Origin: Bryobacterales bacterium
GTDB taxonomy: Bacteria; Acidobacteriota; Terriglobia; Bryobacterales; Bryobacteraceae
NCBI GenBank assembly: GCA_963780485.1
Contig: CAWACO010000003.1
Coordinates: 174,855 to 238,854 of the forward strand
Reading direction: 5' to 3'
DNA length: 64,000 nucleotides
Position 1 is the first letter of the stretch; every line of letters begins with the position of its first letter. Below are positions 57,560-64,000 of this stretch, in pieces. Both the position numbers and the translations under genes were made by a program. The notes under the pieces were generated by a model, which did not search any database, was not told the origin of the DNA, and was given only the letters and a program-made list of their open reading frames with translations.

Positions 57560-58131
57560 CTTGCTGTACTCACCACCGGTTCCAGACTCCTGCGGAGCTT
57601 CTGGACCGCTCGAAAAATGCTGTGTTTCGTTGCATTCGTGCCCGTGCCCAGGGTTTCGCCAATCTCATCGATCGACATACCCTCGAAGTGCCGTAGCACG
57701 AACGCGGTTCTTTCCTGCGCGCTGAGCTCGTTCAACGCTTCGTTCACTCGCTCCTTCACCTGGCTGCTGTACGTGATACGGTCCGGTCCCGGAGTGTTCA
57801 CCGGGAGGGTCTGCAGGATGTCCCTCTCCTCGGCTTTGCCCCGCTCGCGTTTGTCTTCGTGACGCTTTCGCATTCGAATCAGGTCCAGCGAGTAATTGGA
57901 AGCGATGCGGAAAAGCCAGGTCGAAAAGCTGGCGCGGGCTTCGTATTTGTCCAACTGGCGATAGGCCCGCAAGAAAGTCTCTTGCACCACGTCCTCGGCG
58001 TCTTGTTCGTTTCCAGTCATGCGAAATGCCAGACGAAAGACGGCGCGGCTGTGCTGCTCGACCAGCAGGCGAAACGCGTCGCTGTCACCCGACTGCGCTC
58101 GCTCGACTGCGCCGCCGGCTTCCACTTCCAT
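57556..58131 (-). CDS. ECF-type RNA polymerase sigma factor (sigma-70 family)
   Basis: Region 2 (VFRLAFRMTGNEQDAEDVVQETFLRAY...FSTWLFRIASN) and region 4 (LSAQERTAFVLRHFEGMSIDEIGETLGTGTNATKHSIFRAVQKLR). Confidence 0.9.
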   Translation of the reverse strand: MEVEAGGAVERAQSGDSDAFRLLVEQHSRAVFRLAFRMTGNEQDAEDVVQETFLRAYRQLDKYEARASFSTWLFRIASNYSLDLIRMRKRHEDKRERGKAEERDILQTLPVNTPGPDRITYSSQVKERVNEALNELSAQERTAFVLRHFEGMSIDEIGETLGTGTNATKHSIFRAVQKLRRSLEPVVSTAR

Positions 58132-58217
58132 CCGTCCTTTAGACTACGGTTTTTCTAACAGGTTAGGGAGGAACTAACGACGCCCGCTAAGTGCAAGCAA
58201 GCTCTACCCGGGGGCCC

Positions 58218-58757
58218 CTAGGGCCACTCCGGCTCCGGGCGTTCTTTGAGCCAACCAATGAAATCCATGGCCGGCGGCGTACCGCCCAACAGTCGTAGCC
58301 GTGACGCGCACTGGGCTCGATGGCCATGGCTGTGCATGCAGACCTGCAGCAGTGCTTCTGGGATCGAAAAGATGCTGCCGGGGAGGAACGGCGTCTCCAA
58401 CGTGCGGGCTAGATCGGGTTCCTGAAGCCGGGAGATCCAATCCAGTTCCAGCACGTAAGTTTTCGCATAAAGGGCCGTCATCTCTGCGATCGATTCCGGA
58501 ATGCGCGCTTCCTGCTCTTGGTCGAATGGCGTTCCGAGACTCAGCAGAAGCCAGTACCGGTTGGCGACGAGGATGTGATGGAGAGTTTTTCGCAGTTCTT
58601 CGTCTTGGGCTGCCGTATCGTGTTGCCGAATTGCCTTCAACAAGCTGGCATTGGCGTGCCATTTGTGCTGCACCAGATCTCGCAACATGGGAAGCATGCT
58701 GAGTACTTTACCAAGTGCGCCGAGAAAGCGTCGGCTATGATTGATGACATTGAGCAT
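58218..58757 (-). CDS. DinB family protein
   Basis: Four-helix DinB pattern with His ligand contexts (LVQHKWHANASLL, LHHILVANRYW, CMHSHGHRAQ). The start may be the internal Met at about 58697, since 58757 overlaps the divergent gene. Confidence 0.75.
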   Translation of the reverse strand: MLNVINHSRRFLGALGKVLSMLPMLRDLVQHKWHANASLLKAIRQHDTAAQDEELRKTLHHILVANRYWLLLSLGTPFDQEQEARIPESIAEMTALYAKTYVLELDWISRLQEPDLARTLETPFLPGSIFSIPEALLQVCMHSHGHRAQCASRLRLLGGTPPAMDFIGWLKERPEPEWP

Positions 58758-59121
58758 GGAACTCGCGGTGGCCGAAGAAGCAGGCGTCCGATTCGTAGAG
58801 GGCCCGCCGGGTCGGCCGCTAATGCGGAGTATCGAAGACGCTACTCACCTTGTGGAAGCATGCTTCTCACACCGGGCCAGCTCTGCTCTTCTCTACGCTC
58901 CCAACCTGACTGCGCGATTCTTTGACCTGAGCTCCGGGGAGGCGGGCGCGATCCTGCAGAAGCTGCGGAACTATAGAATCCGCCTGGCGGTTGTATGCGC
59001 TCCAGGAAGTGTCCGATTTAGCAGGATGTTTGGCGAGATGGCCGCTGAAGAAAGCCGTTCAGGGTACTTCCAGGTGTTCGATTCGGCGCAAGCGGCCCGG
59101 GAGTGGTTAAGCCGGACCTGA
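58756..59121 (+). CDS. DUF4180 domain protein
   Basis: The pattern EDATHLVEACFSHRASSALLYAPNLTARFFDLSSGEAGAILQKLRNYRIRLAVV...FGEMAAEESRSGYFQVFDS is as I recall for DUF4180. Confidence 0.65.
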   Translation: MELAVAEEAGVRFVEGPPGRPLMRSIEDATHLVEACFSHRASSALLYAPNLTARFFDLSSGEAGAILQKLRNYRIRLAVVCAPGSVRFSRMFGEMAAEESRSGYFQVFDSAQAAREWLSRT

Positions 59122-59125
59122 GCGC

Positions 59126-60037
59126 CTATTTCGCATATTGTTTGTAGAGTTCCGCAATATGGGCGCTGGCCGCATCCCCGGAGTGAATCACCACGCGCCA
59201 GCGGAAGTGCAGCGACCCGCCTGCCTCCACCGTCCAGTGGCTTTCCGGCATGCTCTCATCGAAGGCGTGTTGGCCGAACGGATCGAGCGCGAACAGCCCG
59301 TAATCCCGCGAGTGCCAATAGGTGGGATGCCTGGGGTTCGAAGGATGATCGAAAATCGCGATGCCAAGTTGTTCGCCTTCCAGCGTTCCGAAGTAATCCA
59401 CCCAGTTGGAGCGCTTACCCCAGACGTTTTTCATCCCCTCGGCGCCTTCCGCGTTCACCATTTTGCCGCCGTTTTTTTCGGCCAAAGCGTCGGCCAGGCG
59501 GATCGCAAATGCGCCTTCTTTAGTGTCGCCGAATACGACTTTTTCAGGAGCGTTCAGCGTGATATCGAAGTCGATCATCCGCAGCGCGGGTCTCGAAGAA
59601 AACGTCATCACGCGGTCTTCACGCAGAATCGTTTTGCCGTCCGGGCCATTCCAGTTCATGACCGCCTTTACAACCGCCGACCCCGCCGCTCCAGGCTCCA
59701 GTTTGGCGCTTTGGACGACGATGGTGCCTTTGTTCGGCGGTTTGTAGGACGGATCGTTTTCCCAAAACTTGACTCCGTTGACGTCGTCGTAGGAAAACCA
59801 GAGTCCCGTATGGTGGACATGATCGCGACTCTCGCCTTCGATCTTCTCCATCGGATAGTGCCTTGTCACAATTTTCCCCGAAGCTGATCGAAGGGGCGCC
59901 AGATAGGGTTTGTGGGATTCGAGGCCGTAGTGAAACGTGGTGAACGGCTGGCCGTCCAGGTCGATATCGATCTTATCCGCTGCGGCCCAGCCCACCAGCG
60001 GCACAAGCAGAAGGAAGGAAAGCCCACGCCACGTCAT
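59126..60037 (-). CDS. DUF6807 (PmoA-family) secreted protein
   Basis: Signal peptide, then KPYLAPLRSASGKIVTRHYPME...DHVHHTGLWFSYDDVNGVKFWEN, the DUF6807 core. Confidence 0.7.
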   Translation of the reverse strand: MTWRGLSFLLLVPLVGWAAADKIDIDLDGQPFTTFHYGLESHKPYLAPLRSASGKIVTRHYPMEKIEGESRDHVHHTGLWFSYDDVNGVKFWENDPSYKPPNKGTIVVQSAKLEPGAAGSAVVKAVMNWNGPDGKTILREDRVMTFSSRPALRMIDFDITLNAPEKVVFGDTKEGAFAIRLADALAEKNGGKMVNAEGAEGMKNVWGKRSNWVDYFGTLEGEQLGIAIFDHPSNPRHPTYWHSRDYGLFALDPFGQHAFDESMPESHWTVEAGGSLHFRWRVVIHSGDAASAHIAELYKQYAK

Positions 60038-60102
60038 AATGGTCCATTGTAACCGGACAAAGGCGCCTACGGCTTGCTATCATAATACCTGGAGGTTGTT
60101 CC

Positions 60103-60576
60103 ATGGGTCCCGTCGGTGTGCAGGAGATGGTGGTTATCTTCCTGGTCGCCCTGGTCCTTTTCGGCCCCAAGAAACTGCCGGAACTGGGCAAGACGATCGG
60201 AAAAGCGATCACCGAGTTTCGCCGCGCTCAGAGCGAGCTCAAATCCACATTCGAAAGCCACATGCGAGAGTTGGAAAAGGAAAACGAGTCTATCAAAGAA
60301 GTCACGCGCAGCTATACCAACGAGATTTACAACCACTATAACGAGTACGACTCCTCCTATCACGATTCGAGCGCTTATACGCCCGAGCCGAACCAAATCA
60401 CTGCAGCAAATCCACCCACTGTAAGCGAACCCGCACCTCAGGGCGCCGAATCGACCGTGTCTCATGAGGCACCTGCGAATGGAACCGTGCCACGGACTAC
60501 CGCGCCGGCTACAGCATCCGAGCAAGCCGTGACCACGCCGCCGGCCACGCCGGAATCCCATTCGGTCTCTAGCTAG
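60103..60576 (+). CDS. Twin-arginine translocase TatA/TatB/TatE-family subunit with a long C-terminal tail
   Basis: The sequence MGPVGVQEMVVIFLVALVLFGPKKLPELGKTIGKAITEFRRA gives the TM helix, the hinge FGPKKLPELG and an amphipathic helix. At 157 aa it is TatB-sized. Confidence 0.85.
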   Translation: MGPVGVQEMVVIFLVALVLFGPKKLPELGKTIGKAITEFRRAQSELKSTFESHMRELEKENESIKEVTRSYTNEIYNHYNEYDSSYHDSSAYTPEPNQITAANPPTVSEPAPQGAESTVSHEAPANGTVPRTTAPATASEQAVTTPPATPESHSVSS

Positions 60577-60598
60577 CACGAAGAAGATTTAACACAGC

Positions 60599-61651
60599 AT
60601 GGACGACGAAAAGCAGGGAGGAGTGCCTCCATCGGGCGGAGATGCGCCGCACGATGTCAACAATCCGACCGTGGAAGGAACCCCGACCACGGCCCTGGTC
60701 GAAACACGCCCTGCCCAGCCGCCGGCTCTGCCACCGCGACCTCCCGCGCCCCCTACCGAACCCGAGGACGAAGAAGAAGGGGGCATGCTCCGCATGTCCT
60801 TCATGGAGCACCTGGAGGAACTGCGCTCCCGCATCATCAAGGCTCTGTACGGCTTGGTCGTCGCGTTCGTCGGCAGTCTTATTTATGCCGGACAGCTCTG
60901 GGACATCATCAGCGATCCAGCCGTGGAAGCGTTAAAACACCTCAAGGTCGAGCCGCCTCAACTCGCCCAGCTCACCCCGATGGAAAGCTTCTCGATCATC
61001 TGGGTAAAGCTGCCGCTGTTGTGTTCGGTCTTTATTGCCTCGCCCTGGATTGTCTGGCAGGTCTGGTCCTTCATTTCGCCCGGACTCTACAAGAAAGAGC
61101 GTCGCTGGGCCATGCCCTTCGTGCTCCTCACCGCCGGATTGTTCATCACCGGCGGATTGTTCGCCTATTTCCTGGCCTTCCGTTTCGGCCTCGAATTTCT
61201 GCTCGGCATCGGCATGAGCAACAACGTGCGGCCGGTGGTCTCGATTACCGAATATTTCGATCTGTTCGTCAACGTGACTTTAGGCGTCGGGCTGGTCTTC
61301 GAGCTGCCCGTTCTGATCTTCATGCTGACGCTGCTGCGAATCCTGTCGCCGCGCTTCCTGATGCGCCACTCCCGCTACGCGATCCTGATCATCGTCATCG
61401 CCGCCGCCATCATCACTCCCACGCCCGATGTCTTCAACCTGATGCTGTTCGCGATTCCGATGTGCGCGCTCTATTTCGTCGGAGTGTTCGCCAGCTACCT
61501 GCTGGTTCTGAAACGCGAAGGTCGGCAATTCCCATGGAAGAAGGCGCTGCCGTTCATTTTGATCGCAGTATTGGTGATAGCCGGCATTTATGCCGCGATT
61601 ATGTACTTCCACTTGCACTTCATCCGGCACTGGCCATTTTTGACGAAGTAG
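60599..61651 (+). CDS. tatC: Twin-arginine translocase subunit TatC, possibly with a 62-aa Pro/acidic N-terminal extension
   Basis: MSFMEHLEELRSRIIK is the canonical TatC N-terminus and begins at residue 66 of the ORF. Six TM helices follow. Alternative start: Met 60785. Confidence 0.9.
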   Translation: MDDEKQGGVPPSGGDAPHDVNNPTVEGTPTTALVETRPAQPPALPPRPPAPPTEPEDEEEGGMLRMSFMEHLEELRSRIIKALYGLVVAFVGSLIYAGQLWDIISDPAVEALKHLKVEPPQLAQLTPMESFSIIWVKLPLLCSVFIASPWIVWQVWSFISPGLYKKERRWAMPFVLLTAGLFITGGLFAYFLAFRFGLEFLLGIGMSNNVRPVVSITEYFDLFVNVTLGVGLVFELPVLIFMLTLLRILSPRFLMRHSRYAILIIVIAAAIITPTPDVFNLMLFAIPMCALYFVGVFASYLLVLKREGRQFPWKKALPFILIAVLVIAGIYAAIMYFHLHFIRHWPFLTK

Positions 61652-61991
61652 GGCGGTCGCCCTGGACGGGCTGATTCCCTTGTCGGCATACATTGCAGAG
61701 CCGGACCAGGGGTCCAGCGCCCGCCGGGAACGCCCGCAACTCATTCGGCACTGCGGTATTCGAATAAAACTCGGTCCTCGATCACGAGCTTAGTTGCACG
61801 TGGCCCATTGGACAGCCTCGATCATCCATCGTTTCGTGAGATGAGTGGCGGGATGACCGGCACCGATGACCACCCCTGTTCCGAACTGTGGCTCAACGGA
61901 TCTCCCGGGCATCCAACTCGCTGCCCTCGACGCCGAACCATTTGGAGTGTCAGAATTGCCAGCGGTTGGGCCAGGCGAAGTAAGGGCCGGA

Positions 61992-62918
61992 TCACTTCAG
62001 GTTGTCCCCTTTGCCCAAGTTCACCCAACCGAAAACAAGTTGACTAACCTTGCAGGTCGAACTCTGAATGGTCGATGTTCTGCCGGTTTCGACGTCAATG
62101 AGATGTAATGTTCCGAAATCCGGAGGACAAGGCAAATGTAGGCGGGACGCTAGAATGGAGCGGGAGTCGGGTGACCAAATTACTTCTGACGGAGGAAGAG
62201 TTCTCCGTTTATCTAGGTCAGAGGCGTCCATTAACACTGTATGATCGCCGTTGTCTCCGAGCGCAGCGATCCAGCGCCCATCCGGCGACCATGCGGCGTA
62301 GTAGAAACCGTCGCCCAGTGACTGGACGTCCTTCCTTTCTGTGTCGATCAGCTCCAACCGATGCTTGCGTACGGCAACGATCCTTCGGCTATCAGGTGAT
62401 AGACTGATGCTGCTCCACGATGATGCGTATTTGCAGTCCGAATTACTCAGGATCTTGTGCACCGCGCCGCTTGAGAGCATCAGCTCGTACAACCCACACT
62501 CTGAGAGGAAACCAGCATCAGGCAAGTAGCCCGCCGAGACGACGATTTTAGTTGACGAGGCGGCGATGCCGTATATTGACGCTAAACCTTCCGAGCCGGC
62601 CACTCTGCTCGTCCGCATAGGACCGAACTCGATCTTGTACAACCCCGTGTTGCGCCCTCTGGGGTCAAAGAATCTGGGCCCATAGAGCACGGTGCCATCC
62701 GGACTGACAGCAAACTTGCCCAGCTGAAATGGCAGTGATACTGTAAACGACTGGCCGTCAACCGGGAAAACAAAGAGTTTCGGTGTGTTACCGCGGGCTG
62801 GTCCAGGGTCATAAAACGCGGGGGCGTAAGCAGTGGATTCACCGCCTAACGGCGGCACAGCACAGATTAAAGCTACCGGAAGCATTCCCGCGAGAAACAG
62901 CGTTTTGTGCGCCTTCAT
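61992..62918 (-). CDS. Secreted TolB/PD40-like beta-propeller protein (hypothetical)
   Basis: Signal peptide MKAHKTLFLAGMLPVALICA. PD40-like strands are FAVSPDGTVLYGP, SLSPDSRRIVAV, AAWSPDGRWIAAL and VIWSPDSRSILAS. The region is lower in GC than its neighbours by eye. Confidence 0.55.
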   Translation of the reverse strand: MKAHKTLFLAGMLPVALICAVPPLGGESTAYAPAFYDPGPARGNTPKLFVFPVDGQSFTVSLPFQLGKFAVSPDGTVLYGPRFFDPRGRNTGLYKIEFGPMRTSRVAGSEGLASIYGIAASSTKIVVSAGYLPDAGFLSECGLYELMLSSGAVHKILSNSDCKYASSWSSISLSPDSRRIVAVRKHRLELIDTERKDVQSLGDGFYYAAWSPDGRWIAALGDNGDHTVLMDASDLDKRRTLPPSEVIWSPDSRSILASRLHLPCPPDFGTLHLIDVETGRTSTIQSSTCKVSQLVFGWVNLGKGDNLK

Positions 62919-62999
62919 TTTTGCACGGCCAGCCAAAAAATCACGGTATGAGGTTAGGCAGGCGCAGACGTGGGCGTCTGCCCCACTCAGGCCCCACTT

Positions 63000-63734
63000 C
63001 TACTTCTTGAAGAACCACAGCCAGAAATACTGGCCGCCGGCCCCGTGCCGATACCGCGGATCAAAGCCGCAGCGGTAAGCCATATCCACCGCCTGGCGCT
63101 CGGAGAACGGCACTCCCAGCCAGGTGTCATCAGGCCGAGTTTGAAGAGTGCTGTCGCCCTGCACCTGAAACTTGAACAATGCTCCGGCGTGAAGCAGACG
63201 GTGGACCTCGCGTACGTAATTCTCGATCACCTCGCGGCTCGGAATATGCTGGAACACGATCGAAGAAAATGCAAAATCGAATTCCTGCTCCGGAACAACC
63301 GCGAGATCTTTGCCGTTGTTCTGATACACGAAAGCGTTGGGATGCCCGCGCAGCGCCTCCGCCGCCTGCCGAACCATTTCACCACTGACGTCCACGGCGT
63401 GCACTTCACCGAAGAGTTTGGCGAGCGCCCTGGTAACACGTCCGGCTCCGCAACCGATCTCGAGGACTCGCATGCCGTCGGCCGGCTTGCCCTGGCAGAT
63501 ATTTCCCAGATCGGTCAGAATCTCCTCCGCCACGGTTCTCTCGCCGGATGCAAAGAACTCGTCGTCGGTCCATTGGGCGTTCGCGGTATTTACATAGTGG
63601 CGGGCGTTCTCACGGGCGCGTTGATCCCAATCGGCGCGCATTTTCTCCAGTTGCTGGTCGAGGCTCATTTCATCCATTGTTAAGGACGTATTCATTTTGC
63701 CACATGGTCCTGGCCCCGCTAGCCAAGCCGACAT
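63000..63734 (-). CDS. Class I SAM-dependent methyltransferase
   Basis: Motif I is RVLEIGCGAGRVTRALA, then VHAVDVSGEMV and FDFAFSSIVFQHI. The start is uncertain among Met 63734, 63695 and 63677. Confidence 0.8.
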   Translation of the reverse strand: MSAWLAGPGPCGKMNTSLTMDEMSLDQQLEKMRADWDQRARENARHYVNTANAQWTDDEFFASGERTVAEEILTDLGNICQGKPADGMRVLEIGCGAGRVTRALAKLFGEVHAVDVSGEMVRQAAEALRGHPNAFVYQNNGKDLAVVPEQEFDFAFSSIVFQHIPSREVIENYVREVHRLLHAGALFKFQVQGDSTLQTRPDDTWLGVPFSERQAVDMAYRCGFDPRYRHGAGGQYFWLWFFKK

Positions 63735-63832
63735 CCAGATATCGCAAAAGTACTGGGACTTTAGTGGTTTACGGACGGCTTGTACCTATTGACCTTCAGC
63801 GGCATCTCAGATAGATTGTTGGAGGCACTCTT

Positions 63833-64000
63833 GTGAATGGAACCTCCGTGGAACAACGAAAAGCCAGACGCTTCGACCTGAAGCTGCCTTTTGAATTGGT
63901 CCGCAACGGCGCTGAAGCCCTTTCAGAGCGCGGAGAAACGCGGAACCTCAGTTCCGTGGGAGTCCTTTTCCAATCCGATGCGAGTCTTCGAATCGGAGAT
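63833..64000 (+). CDS. PilZ domain protein, N-terminal part (runs off the window end)
   Basis: GTG start with GGAGG 7 nt upstream. The translation is VNGTSVEQRKARRFDLKLPFELV...GETRNLSSVGVLFQSD, with an RxxxR-like motif (RKARRF) and a (D/N)xSxxG motif (NLSSVG). Confidence 0.5.
   Translation, partial: MNGTSVEQRKARRFDLKLPFELVRNGAEALSERGETRNLSSVGVLFQSDASLRIGD

Noticed and set aside
58203-58226. A GC palindrome (CCCGGGGGCCCC with flanks) at the 3' end of the DinB gene, considered as a terminator or restriction-type site.
   Set aside because: The stem would have almost no loop and there is no T-tract. Such short GC palindromes are expected by chance at this GC content.
61652-61991. A 340-bp gap after tatC with several short ORFs on both strands (61808-62047, 61822-62028, 61866-62108) and fragments such as KWFGVEGSELDAREIR.
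   Set aside because: No ORF has a start, an RBS and a recognisable motif together, and most overlap the propeller gene end. It may be decayed sequence, but nothing can be called.
1-64000. A scan by eye for tRNA/rRNA/tmRNA signatures (for example GGTTCGAATCC-type T-arms), CRISPR-like regularly spaced repeats, inverted-repeat-bounded IS elements, integrases, reverse transcriptases, and known defence genes beyond TA modules.
   Set aside because: Nothing convincing was found. A manual scan can miss ncRNAs, so tRNAscan-SE, Infernal/Rfam, and CRISPR and IS finders should be run before treating these as absent.

Overview
Densely coded 64-kb chromosomal segment from a GC-rich Gram-negative genome (about 58-60 % GC by eye, not computed). 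The gene repertoire suggests Acidobacteriota (Terriglobia-like) or a related soil phylum, which is inference only: PSCyt/DUF1549/DUF1553/DUF1501 proteins, ECF sigma/anti-sigma pairs with HEAT-repeat partners, an SBBP repeat remnant, DUF4097 and sigma-54. Recognisable core content: an mdtABC-type RND operon at the left edge; a second RND permease plus adaptor, with the permease frameshifted; E. coli-type frdABCD; rpoN-hpf-rapZ; a sorAB-like sulfite dehydrogenase; tatA/tatC; PPK2; M13, M20 and S10 peptidases; two MFS transporters; and two ECF sigma operons. Three short, visibly more A/T-rich islets carry toxin-antitoxin-like pairs: HigB-2/HigA-2-like, HEPN plus an unknown partner, and DUF433/DUF5615. 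I saw no rRNA, tRNA, CRISPR array, transposase or integrase. The most interesting locus is a three-gene operon at 43147-46712: a LiaF-like membrane protein, a LytS/AlgZ-type histidine kinase, and a single polypeptide fusing a Hanks Ser/Thr kinase, a receiver domain and a LytTR DNA-binding domain. Its promoter region holds 21-bp-phased direct repeats resembling an AlgR box. Other points of note: a HigB-2-like toxin whose conserved core is encoded out of frame; two single-base frameshifts, in the RND permease and in a DUF1549/DUF1553 gene (the latter creates an artefactual 1122-aa fusion ORF with the DUF1501 gene); a Tat-signal PatB/MalY-like PLP enzyme; a secreted protein with the full PHM/DBH copper-ligand pattern; and predicted extracytoplasmic HEAT-repeat proteins attached to both ECF modules. 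All family assignments come from motif recognition by eye. No database search was run.
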